From Zootoca vivipara (Eukaryota): a stretch of 64,000 nt of DNA. Numbering within the stretch: the first letter of the stretch is position 1; each line of letters starts with the position of its first letter. Below, one piece after another: positions 48,097-59,601 of the stretch. The stretch spans positions 50,530,001 through 50,594,000 of the forward strand of contig NC_083284.1 of the NCBI RefSeq assembly GCF_963506605.1, read 5' to 3'. The notes under the pieces were generated by a model that saw only the letters and a program-made list of their open reading frames with translations, had not been told where the DNA came from and did not search any database. The translations under genes were made by a program, and so were the position numbers.

Positions 48097-48344
48097 CAAG
48101 GCCGCCTCAGCTACTGACAACCAGCATCCCCCTGCCCCAGAGGCACCATTCGCTTGCAGTGCTTGTAGCCAGGGCTGCTGCAACAAACAGCTGTGCAAGC
48201 CTTTGGGAGGCAGAGATGTGAGACGGTATCAGAGGAGGGAGGGAAGGAAAGAAAAGAGGGACAGGAGCCAGTGTTACCTGTGGCACCCCTGGCCATCATT
48301 CAAGGCACCCCAGGGTGCCATGGCACGCTGGTTAAAAAACACTG
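47737..48344. mobile_element. Non-autonomous hAT element, about 600 bp
   Basis: Termini CAGAGGTTTTCAACC / GGTTAAAAAACACTG; degenerate TSD nnnTAAGA; GC-rich interior with (GCTT)n at 48061-48088. Confidence 0.65.
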
Positions 48345-48375
48345 CCCTAAGAGATTAGGGAAAGCCTGTACTTTG

Positions 48376-48465
48376 CATAGCTGCCAAATTTACCCTTTTC
48401 TCACGAGGAAGCCTATTCAGCATAAGGGAATTTCCCTTAAAAAAAGGGATAACTTGGCAGCTATG
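48376..48465. mobile_element. 90-bp hAT (Tip100-like) MITE
   Basis: Perfect TIR CATAGCTGCCAA / TTGGCAGCTATG and perfect 8-bp TSD GTACTTTG (48368-48375, 48466-48473). Confidence 0.9.
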
Positions 48466-50984
48466 GTACTTTGGCAGGTTCCTTATAATCTCTGCCTTCC
48501 CTGGTGCATCTCTCATACACTTTAAGACAAACATACTCTTCACATAGTGAGGCTTCTCTTGACTGCAGCTGAAGTTATTTAAGTCTGGTCAAGATGAGAA
48601 ACCTGTTTATTGATGTTAAAGATTGTAAATCCTGGTTAAGCAAATACCTTGGATAGCTTCAACTCTGGTCAAGGCCTTTCCTAACGTATCTCTTAACAGC
48701 AGGGTTAAGAATTCCACGTGGCGGAATTTGTTATAGGAGGGGAGGATCTAAGTATTGTCTTGCTACCAGCTTCTGATTCCATGATGATTAGCAGAAAACC
48801 AGCATTTTCAGGGCTGGTTCCAGGTTTGAAAGGACCCTCAGCAAAGTGCCACCACCATAAGTTTTTCTCCCCCCCCCCCCCCTTGCAAGAAAGTTATCCC
48901 TGAAACTGCTGTCTTTTATGCTACTGAATGGGCAACTGATCAGCAGCCTGTGGAGAGGCAGTCATTATTTGTTCCTCCTAGCTGTCCTTGCTTGGTTAAT
49001 AAGCAGGTAGTTTATCAGTGCAGCTAGGAGAATTTGCTACTACTGCTTCCTCTTCTTCGTCCAGGCAGCTGTCGTAGCTCCAACCCTCAGGAGGCCATAC
49101 AGAGAAGAAAATTGGGCTGGTTGCAGAAGCTTCAGCAATCATACATAGTCCAAATGAGTTTGGACTAGCTGCTTCTAGATATGGGCATAAGAACTTCTTG
49201 CTTTCTTTACAACTATTAATGCTTCTTAGTTAACTTGAATCTTCCTTCATTGCTGTCCATATTTCTGTTGGAAATTATGTGAAACCCATTGCTCCCAAGG
49301 ATTCATTTCAGTTCCTGTAATAGCTAGTCCACTATGGGCAGCCTTACTTCCAGCTAAACCTTTTAAGGTGGCCTCAGCAAATGTGTTTTCGTCTGACACA
49401 TGGACACCACAGGCATTAGGAATAAGAGTGTGACACGCAGAAAGAGCACCGCTGAAATGTAAGAGCACCAGTGTCTTGTAGATTCCACTGTTCTTGTTTA
49501 AAATAAAAGGCTAAGAGTCAGGAGGGATTTCTTCTACATTCCCATATTAATCCTTGTCTTCAGATTTCTACTTCTGGCATTCTTCCCGATCTCCAGTGCA
49601 TGAAATGCTTTACAAAACACCATCCAACTGGAAACTAAGCCAGTTCAGCTACTTAGCTTCTGACAATCAGGAACAAATAGGGTGAGGCATTCCAGGGGAA
49701 TCTGAATTGCTTAAAATCACCCCCAGATGAAGGTACCAATAAAATAATTTATTTTTACTGGGGATACTTATTGTCCAGAATGTGATAAAGGGAATTTTTT
49801 AAAAAGTAAATGTCCTTTTCAAATTATTTCATGTTCTGCAAAAAAAAAACAGAAGGCAATTTATTAGATAGGCAATTCCTACTGCACACAGCTCCCGCTA
49901 TCTGCCTGCTCATTATGTGAAAATTCACTTATCCAAACAATTATGCCCAAAGCTCACTATATGCACGGCTGATTCAGCTATCTGAACAGCCAGTTTTCCC
50001 TGCCTTGTTTTGCTTTGCTGGTTGGCGACAGCCATTTTCTGGTAGACCATGAAGAGAAGGGGAAAAGAGATTGGACAAATCATGGAGCAGGACAGATCGG
50101 ACAGAAGTTTTTCCTTTGTCTCTCGTTTGCTGGTTGGTTTCAGCCATTTTTGGAAGAAATCCGTGTGTGTGTGTGCTTATGGCATAAAAATGTCCCCATA
50201 GGATATAATAGAAATTGTGAGCTCGTTGTGCAAATGCTCACTTAGCATAACAATTTAGTGGAAATGCATTGTGTTCAGAAAGTGAGACCTGTTTGTGTTT
50301 GTTCTGTAGCATAGGGTAGGAATTTAACTTGCCAGGATATGTAAATCTAATGATCACTAGGAGTTGGAATTGAGTATTTGAGGATTTTATCTTCTTCCCA
50401 TTTCTTACTAGGTGAGAACCTAGGGCTAGGTTTTGTGGAAATTTTCATGCCACACCCTTTGGTGACTTGTTTGTGGTGGAGCAGGACATGCTTTGGCCTT
50501 CTGCCAAGGACGCACTGCATTGGCAGGACATTAAATTCCAGCACAGCATGGCAAGACAGGCACCCCATTTCAATTCAGGAGGTCAAAATGTAGAAACTGT
50601 CACCTACTGTATTATGAACTGTTCATCAAAATGTTCATCTGAGTGTAAATACTGCCTATCTATACTCCATTGCTTTCAAGGGGATGCACATTCAGATATT
50701 TATTCCTAGGTTGTTTGGTGAGCATTAGCATCCCAGGCCATCCTACTAGCATCTGCCCACAAACACCTTAATTATAGACCCAGAACCAGAAAACTGCATG
50801 GAATCCTCTTGATTGTCTAGCATCAGGTAGTCAATAGGAAGAAGATTCTTTTAAAAAGAAGTGGTGCTGAAGCAGCTGCCACAATGGCCAGCAAAGATGT
50901 GTGGTAGAGGTAAAGAGGCCTGCAATTCCTTTTCACACAAAAGGATTGACCAAAAAAATGATCCAATGACCTCCAAAAAAGGTC

Positions 50985-51300
50985 ATAAAATTTATACACC
51001 ACTTAATTGTAAAAAACTACAAAGCGGTTTACAAAAGATAAAACAATAAAACCAGCCAAGAAAAACTACTGTACAACCCTACTTTAAAACTTAAAATTCT
51101 AAAACAGATTAAAACAGGAATGTTTTAGCAGGTGAAGGCTCCTGCTTGATCTCAATAGGCAGGGAGTTCCAAAGTGTCAGTACTGCCACACTAAACGATC
51201 AAGTTATTACAAATGTGGAACAGGAATTGTGTGGCAACTGTAGTTGTAAGTTCCACTGATCAAAGCGGTCAAGTGGGCGGGCACATGTAGGGTAAGGCAA
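50985..51300 (-). mobile_element. L2-like LINE 3' end
   Basis: A-rich antisense 3'UTR followed by GGCAGGGAGTTCCAAAGTGTCAGTACTGCCAC (antisense of VAV.TLWNSLP). Confidence 0.6.
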
Positions 51301-52031
51301 TTTCATAGGTAAAATCAAACTACATATTATTATTACTACTGGGGGAAGCAAAATACCCAGAGGATTATAATTTTGTGGATGAGAGAAGATTAACATTTAT
51401 GGTTTTACAAAATCTTTTACTGTTTTAGCCAGTGAAAGTGATGACTAGTGTATTGCAAGATAAATGTGCCATTCTTAGTTGTTTTCCTTGTTCTTTTTAC
51501 TAGAAGTAATATACTCTGGGACAATTGTGTTTTGACCTGACCATTCCAGCTGCTATGTTATTCACGAGGAGACTATAAGCTTATGTTTAAATAGCTGCAT
51601 AGAATGGTTGGGCTTGAAATGTGTCTTTATTTTTCAATTCACTATTTTGCATTCCACTTCCTCTCTCTCCTAAACCTTATTCTTAACATACGGTACTCAC
51701 AGATTCTGGAGATGGGGGCTGATGCACAGTTATGACTGTTCACAAGAGATGGTACTTGCCCTGCTGTGCCCAGATCTCTTTGACCCATGCTGTGCCTTTG
51801 GGCCCAGGGAGAATTTGAAGAAAGAAAGCTGTCCTGCTTCCCAGAGAGGAAAAGATGCAGACTCTCATCCTCAAAGCTAGTATTAATCCATCAAAGCCTT
51901 GAGAATTTGCTCCTATCTCAAGATCAGAGGTGAAGGGGGGACTAGTGTCAGTATGCATAATGGCATGAGATGACCTCTGTTCCCAATAAGTGATATCTCA
52001 GACTGTCCTCTACAGCTATAATCCTAAATTA

Positions 52032-52162
52032 AGGGTAGACAGTGTGGTGCCCTCCAGATCTTGTTTGGCTACATAACTCACACCAGACCCAGCCAGCATG
52101 GGCAATAGTCAGGGATGGTGGAATTTGTAGTCCAGCAACATTTAGAAGGCACCACATTAGCT
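52032..52162. mobile_element. Older degenerate copy of the palindromic hAT MITE group
   Basis: GCCCTCCAGATCTTGTTTGGCTACA...GGGATGGTGGAATTTGTAGTCCAGCAACATTTAGAAGGC. Confidence 0.7.
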
Positions 52163-52289
52163 AAACACACTGCTTGGTGAGTAAGCCCCCATTGAGCACA
52201 GTTCTGAGTAAATTGGGAAATGTGTATAATTTTACCCTTTATTTTCCTTGTTCCTTTTTTGGTTTAGTGTTGCGTAAGACATTGGTGGT

Positions 52290-52342
52290 CTCTTCTCTTT
52301 TCTTCTCTTCTCTTCTCTTCTCTTCTCTTCTCTTCTCTTCTC
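52290..52342. repeat. (CTCTT)n microsatellite
   Basis: Directly visible. Confidence 0.95.
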
Positions 52343-52510
52343 TGTGTGGTCACAAGAAGATCAGGAGCTTTCACTTGAATTTTAAGCTAGGCAGTTAGTG
52401 CTATATAAGAACAAGGACAAACTCTGGTTGTCTTAGCTATACTCTACTGAGACAAGCCAACATGATTTATGAAGATTCTTCCTTAAGAGGGGCGGGGGAA
52501 CCCTTAGTTT

Positions 52511-52952
52511 GGGGGATAGCTGTAGAACAGTGATAGAGCTCATGCCTTCAGTACAAAAGGTTCAGTCCCCAACATATTTAGGCAGGACTGGAAAAGATGC
52601 CATCTAACACAGGGGGAGCAACCATTTTCAGCCATGGGCCGGTCCACCGTCCCTCAGACCATGTGGTGGGCCAGACTTTTTTTTGGGGGGGGGTTGAACG
52701 AATTCCTGTGCCCCACAAATAACCCCGAGATGCATTTTAAATAAAAGGACACATTCTACTCATGTAAAAACACACTGATTCCCAGACCGTCTGCAGGCCG
52801 TATTGAGAAGGCGATTGGGCCGCATCCGGCCCACAGGCCTTAGGTTGCCTACCCCTAATCTAACACCTTTCAGAGCAGCTGCCTTCAGCATCAATAATAC
52901 TGGCCTGGATGGACCAATGGTTTAACTTGATATAAAGCAGCTTCCTCTATTC
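52511..52952 (+). mobile_element. Squam3-like tRNA SINE interrupted by a hAT MITE
   Basis: tRNA-like head and tail GATGGACCAATGGTTTAACTTGATATAAAGCAGCTTCCTCTATTC; sequence is continuous across the insertion. Confidence 0.65.
52610..52857. mobile_element. hAT (Charlie-like) MITE, 248 bp
   Basis: Termini CAGGGGGAGCAACC / GGTTGCCTACCCCTA; 8-bp TSD ATCTAACA (52602-52609, 52858-52865). Confidence 0.85.
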
Positions 52953-53019
52953 ATCATTACTGCTGTTACATTTCTAGTCCACACTTCAGCTCAAAAGTTC
53001 CCATGGCAGTGCCTAACAA

Positions 53020-53345
53020 TATATTAAATTCACAAATCTGCACAATAACCATAAAACTTAGAACATGAAACAAATCCTAAAACAGTACAACAAAACAGCA
53101 ATAATTTTAGTTAGTCCAACGGAAATATCTCCCAGGAGCTAAATCCATGAGCCAGGAAAAATAAATTAACCTTAATCTGATTCCTAAAAACAATGTTTGG
53201 GACAACTGGATCTTTCCAAAGAGGAAATTACACATGCAGGGTGCTACAACAGATAAGATCATTCTGCACATTGTCACACCACGAGATATGAATGACCTCT
53301 GAGCAGGGCCTATCACACAGATCTTCAGGCATGGGATGACAGGTA
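53020..53345 (-). mobile_element. L2-like LINE 3' end, degenerate
   Basis: A-rich antisense UTR, then GAGGAAATTACACATGCAGGGTGCTACAACAGATAAG (antisense of the SVVAP..WN-type motif). Confidence 0.45.
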
Positions 53346-56300
53346 ACAATGTTTAGGGTTGGGCTGCAAAGCTAAACTGCAATTAATTTAAAAAAGTATA
53401 AATGTCTGAATTCTTATGCTGCACTAAAGGAGATGCAGAGTGGGAGAAGTAGACATGCCTGAAGTTTATACATATGTCGCTAAGTCCTAGCCAGCGTCTC
53501 TAATTATACAATTCTAGGCTATGAAACAAAAACCTGTACTTTTCAAAACATTGGGGGGTAATATTTAAATTAATAGGAACATTAGTTTACCGAATTTCCA
53601 CCACCAGATATGTATTCTGGTAAAATAAGAGTGTTTGAAAAACAGAGTTCATAATGGAAATGACAGCTCCACCATAGTACTGTCAGAGCTGCTGGAACAA
53701 CAGTATTTAAAACGCCATAAAATTAAAGACTTAGCACATTTACATTTTCTTGCTACAGAATGATAATATGCCCATGAAATGCAGGCTTGCTTTTATAACT
53801 AAATTCTGTGCCATATAACTAAATTCTGTCTAGGCTATAGTGGAAATAAGAACTTTCACATCTATAGCAGTACAGTAATTTCTTTTATAAATAGCATTTA
53901 ATCTAAACCCAGTCTTTCCTTCCCCCAGTCTTCGCAAAGGTGTTCTGAAATCTTTATCGGTGACAGATACAAACTTAAATTACTGTCTACTGGAGTACTG
54001 AAGTAGGGCTGCTTTATATAGCTACACTTGTGTTTAATGTTTCACTTAATACATTGCAAGTGCTTATTCCTTAGCAATTCAGTTATTCTTAAAACATATT
54101 GAAGGTTTTCTTTAACAGCCTGTGGCTGTTAAATTAATTGTATATAACAATTACTGTGGTGAGCATTTAAGAACAGTCATCCCCACTTTTTCTGCCAAAC
54201 TTTTTGGAAAAGAGAGTGTAGGGGTCTATTCCAAAGTCTATTCTACTATATTCTACCTTTTGAAAATGATTGCTAGCTTTTTATACACATTTGCCTCATA
54301 CTTTAGCACAATACTTTTGTATGATGAGAAGACGTATTTTAAGCTTTTCATCAATTTACTTAGAAGGTTATCTTGGAATATTTTATCCAACTAATCCTTT
54401 TATTGTCAAAGCATTACTAAATCTACAGGATTATTTTGTAACACAAGGCCTTAAAAGAGCCTTAAATTTTTACAGAAGAGTAAATGGTCACTTTTTGTAC
54501 TGTCAAAACAAATAATAAAAATATGTTACTGCAACCAAGTAAGATAATAATTGTGGCTGTCTAATAAAATTCTAAGAAATCATATACATTAACTTACTTA
54601 TCAATCTCACATTGCAGCCATTACCTGGTTCTTATTCCCTGAAACTCTTTTTTGTAGCTTCAAATATTCACCCAAATTCAGCATGAAAGCTTTTGTGGTG
54701 TCTGCTTAACCTTGTGGGTGTGTCTTATGTAGATAGGAAAATATAGCGGGGATTAAGAGGGAACAGCAAGGCAAAAGATATACCAGTGAAAGGGTTAGTG
54801 AGATGAGGAACAAGTCCCAGTCACCATCCTCCCACAGAAGGTGGTCTGGAGAGGGGGCTAGTTCTTAAGGATGGGCCTGGATACCATGTTTATCTGTATT
54901 TATAGCAGCAAGCAGTTCACAGGTATACCTGTGAAGGATCATACCATTAGACTTAAGAGACAGGTTTCGCTTAGAACCTGTAACTTCCTTGAGCAATGAG
55001 AAATCAGTTAAATTAAATGAAAATCTTTCCAATCTACTTTACATTTTAGCTTTTGAATGTTATGCATATTCATCAATTTAGTAAAATAATGCCATCTGTA
55101 CAAGATCTAAAATAAGTGCAGATTTCACCGTTAAAACAGAATTGCACATTAAAATGTTTTCTTTAAAGAATTCTCCTACATACCGTTGAAATGTAAGCTT
55201 TTAGGAACCCCATCTTCCGTAACACACCACAGTTTGCTGGCAGGGGCATACTATGTTAAATGTTTTTTTTTTTCGTATTATTGTATGGCAACACCAAGCT
55301 GTTCTTAAGTCAAATATAGCACTTGTGCTTTCTTTTCTTTACCGAAGTGAAATACATGACTTAAACTTGCCAGAGAATTTCAGGACCAACTCCAGTTTTT
55401 TGTGGGCCATGGGTTACAAAGTTTTTAGTAGGCACCCATATGATGCTGTGCCTTACTCCCCTAACCACATCTCTTCTTCATTAACCTTACAACCATACCC
55501 ATCTCCTCTTTAGCATTTCCCTTCTGTTCCTTCCCTATAAATACCAAAATTGTCCAACATGACAGTCCTGTTCTCAAAGAACAATTTACAGTTTTGAACT
55601 TCCCAGCTTGCCTTTTACATATTTTTTTTAAGTAAACTTCGAAATACCAACAGCATGCAAGTATATCTACACCAATCTGGTTTCAAAGTAGGATCCATGA
55701 AAAAGGGTAAAACACACCAACTGGCAAAATTCATAGGATTGGACTGAAAGAATAGTCAGATCAGAGCAGAATAGAGTATGCAGTCCTTTACTCTAAATTT
55801 AGTGGGTCATACTTCTGTGTAAACGTGAAAAGAGTCAGGCTGCACATCTCTCCCTAAAAGTAACTAAGCCTGCAATTCTAATCCCACATACTTCAGAGTA
55901 AGGACCACAGAAGACAGTGGAGTTTACTTGTAGGTAGACATAGAATTATAATTTTTCAGAATGCCCATTGTGGGGGTGGAGCTAAAAATAGCAAGAATTT
56001 TATAGTAAGAATTGTAGCATATCAGACTGTGTTATATCTGGCATTTTCCTTATTAAACTATATAGATAGTTCAGTAATGGATAAACATAAGGAACCAATT
56101 TCATACATGTTGTCATCAGCAAGATTATTATATGACAGTAAATGGAGAGCATAAACTATACAAACAACAAAATAATAAACTGATAAATGTTGGAGTATTG
56201 CTTTAATCAATAGCAAAAACTGAGGAGAAAAAAAAGAGGCAAGATAGTTATGAGGGTAAATGGAAGCTACTTATTGATTATTGTAGAGTAAATCCATTAC

Positions 56301-56705
56301 TTCCACAGTCAAATTGAAGTTTTAGATTTTCTTCAATTACAGTACTCTGTTAGGTACTTTGTAATTATTCATATATTTGAACAAACATCTTCAAATTTAT
56401 GATCAAGTTTAAAACTTGTTGATTTTAGTAGTGAGTCACATATATACTCATGAGTGTGTGTGTGTGTGTATCACACACTTTTGTACATAAAACGAACGTT
56501 TTATTTGTTTGTGTGTAAGTATCATCCCCCTTCTTTTTCTATTTGAAAAGCTCGCTGCAGATCTTAAAATTTGTTGAACAGTAGATTTTCCTTTAGCTGG
56601 TGCCATTTAAAAAAATGACACTGTTATTCTTCCTCTCTTTACTCTCATCACCTCATACTAGTTTGAAATGTGCAATGTTGATCTCTTTTCTTGCCTCAGC
56701 CACGT

Positions 56706-56900
56706 CATACAAATTTGTGAAGTTGCCTTGTACAGAATCAGACAGTTGGCCCCTCTCGCACAGTACTCCCTGCTGCACATTACAGCAGCTCTCCCACGTG
56801 CCAGATATTTTTCTCCCAAGCACTGTACCTGAGAGAAAAGTCACTAAATCTGGAACCTTAGGAATGCAAAGCATGTTTCAGCTTGTGAGCTATTGCCCTT
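56706..56900 (-). mobile_element. Squam3-like tRNA SINE, degenerate
   Basis: Antisense tail GAAGTTGCCTTGTACAGAATCAGACAGTTGG and head GGAACCTT...ATGCAAAGCATG...TGAGCTATTGCCC. Confidence 0.6.
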
Positions 56901-56959
56901 CCCTCCTCCTCTATCACATTTTTGTCTCCATGTTTTCTGGCTGTTGACATAATCCCCAT

Positions 56960-56961
<2 letters not shown>

Positions 56962-57018
<57 letters not shown>
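56962..57018. repeat. (AT)n microsatellite
   Basis: Directly visible. Confidence 0.97.
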
Positions 57019-57020
<2 letters not shown>

Positions 57021-59504
57021 CTTCTAGACTTCCTTGGAGTTTCAGCCTGTCATAGTTGGTGCTAATGTAATTATATTAAGTCCTGTGGTTTTTTCTCCAC
57101 TGTTGAAGTTGATTGCATCCCCAGGATAGGTTCACATAAGCTACTGAATATTTAACACAGAAAATTCACATAAGCTACTGAATATTTAATGAAATTTTTG
57201 GTTGAGCTTCATGGTAAAGCTTATCCTCAATATTCTGCTTTTTCTACTCCTTGCTGTCTTGTAAACTACCTATCTCAATTCAACTCACAATTGGAACCTT
57301 TTCCCAAATACCATTAAGACCTCAGACTAGTTTAAATAAAAATAAAAACCTCTGCTACTGTAGGTATGAGAACTAAGCTTACACTCTTGAATTTACATTG
57401 TCATTGTGGAAGTTGCTTTCAGGCAAGAAAAGCTGTTGAAAAAAATCACTTATCAAATGATTAAATAACATACTCTAAAATATTTAATAACTTGTTGTAA
57501 AATTAAGTTTGCTTTTCTTAAATGAAAGCAATGATCTATTAATTTTTCCAATTAATGATATTTTTCCACTTGAAAGAGCTTTCATATTACCTGTGAACAT
57601 CTTTAAATAGATTCCATGTGGTTTGTGGTTAATTAAGAGAACCACTTATTAGCATCATAATCAGCATGATTCTGCCATGCTCTAATAATGAAGCTTCTTC
57701 CTCTGCAAAATCGATATCTGTAGTACAGATATGAAAAAGCATAAAGAATGTGGTCATTGAAAGATAATTGTCGCTAACTGAAACATGTCTGAGCAGCAGA
57801 ACTCGCAATGTCACAGGTATATCTTATTGAAATTAGCATTTATTCTTCAATATTTAAGCAGTAGTGCCAAATAATCTGAAGTAAATAAAATATTCTTTTC
57901 AGTTGCATATACAAATTATGTGAGAAAGTTTTGGAAAGAAATGGGATGTAACATTTGGCTGTTCATCCAATGTAAAACTTGTTAATGCTTGAAGACTTTG
58001 TACTATATTACATAATTGCCCCATCTCATTAGGCAATAAACTGGCAAGGGGTACTGCTAAAAAGCCAGTGATGAGTCAAGTTTGGTCGACAGTGGAATAG
58101 TATAGTCCATTTAGGATCAAAGAAGCCTTGCCTCAAGAAAACAAGGAAGCTACAGGGGTTTTTATGGCTAGAACACATTCAGGAGGAAGAGAGGGTACAA
58201 CAGCTCTAAAACAGCTTGAATGTAAACATTACCTATGTACTGTACAGTAGGCTAGTGTCTACACACATTTCTTTACAGTATTCCTCTCTGTTCTCCAGGC
58301 ATGCAAGATACATTAACAATCAATGATACATTCTAGCCAAACAATAGCGCCTGGGATTTAAAGCAGGGTCAATGGGTGGTATGGCCTAAGGAGAGCTCCG
58401 AGGGCCAGATAGAGAGACCTGAATGGTTGCCAAAGAATGTTGCAGCAGTGATACATAGCAAACACTCTGTCAAGAGGGTACTGTTTTCAGGCCGAACTGA
58501 TAGGTTCTGGTGCATCTCATAAACTTTAATGTTTTGCTGGCCTCTTTAATGACTAGGCTTGAACTGATGTCAAATTGAACTGAATCTCAGGTCCATTGCC
58601 GATGATGCTCTAGGGAGGCTGGAAAATAGAACTTACAAAAATCTCAGGCTTCCTTGAGACATCGGGCTTTTGAGTGAAACCAGTGCAGTTGATGTGACCA
58701 ATTTATGGCTGGTCCAAGACATTTTGCTACTTCAGGCAAAGAACAAGGTGGTGTCTCCCCATTGCCCGCCCCCCTCTGAAGTCTGGTAGACTAGCAGTTA
58801 ACTCTTTTTTGAGCAGTGGTGATATAAATTATCATCCAGCATACCTGAGGGTTAGGGGATGCTGGTCAAGCCATGTAGCACACACAGCACTGTTGTGCAG
58901 TGGAGGGAATAGCCTGGAGCTGAAGAGGAATGCCTGGGATGGCTGCTGCCCCCCCCCCCCACACACAGCATCACCACCACCTGAGGTGGTGCCTAATGGT
59001 AGTTGTGGCACTGGATTAACCAGTTATACACCTTGGTGGTAAGGAAGAATAGGTCATTGATCTCCTAGTCCTGGTGTTGTCTTCTTCCAGGAAAGTTATT
59101 GGTTTCTGAGTGGGTTATGACACCATTTGCAATAGAAACACTGCTCTAGAAAAAGCTGTTCTATATTCAAGGCAGCCCAATGCATAAGCTTTTCAAGACT
59201 CCCCTCTCTCCTTCCACCCCATTATTTTATAGAAGAAAAGGTTCCCTATGAGAGAGAAAGACAGCTCGATCAGCAGGAGGCATATGTGTTACAAAAATAT
59301 TTTCCTCACCAAGCCAGGGACCTCTCCATTCCTCAGACAGCCCAATTTGTTCTTTTCTCTAACACAACTGACAAATGTATACAGATCAGGTGTTTTCTGT
59401 TGAAGAAAGAGTGCTTCATGGAAGAATGCTTTTTAACTCTAACTGGATTTCCCCCCCCCCTGGAAATTTATCCTCTGGTTTTGATAGTGTTGGATTTTGA
59501 GTTA

Positions 59505-59601
59505 CAGATTTCGGGACTATAGCTACCATCATCGATGACCATATTGGCTGATGAAAGCTAGAGTCCAACAACATCTGGAGGGTCATGTCTCCTGTCCCCT
59601 G
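59505..59601. mobile_element. Degenerate partial palindromic hAT MITE
   Basis: GGACTATAGCTACCATCATC...AGTCCAACAACATCTGGAGGG...CCCCTG. Confidence 0.6.

Noticed and set aside
58069-58662. Possible minus-strand solo LTR
   Set aside because: Composition is suggestive, but I could not define a TSD or a second copy in the window.
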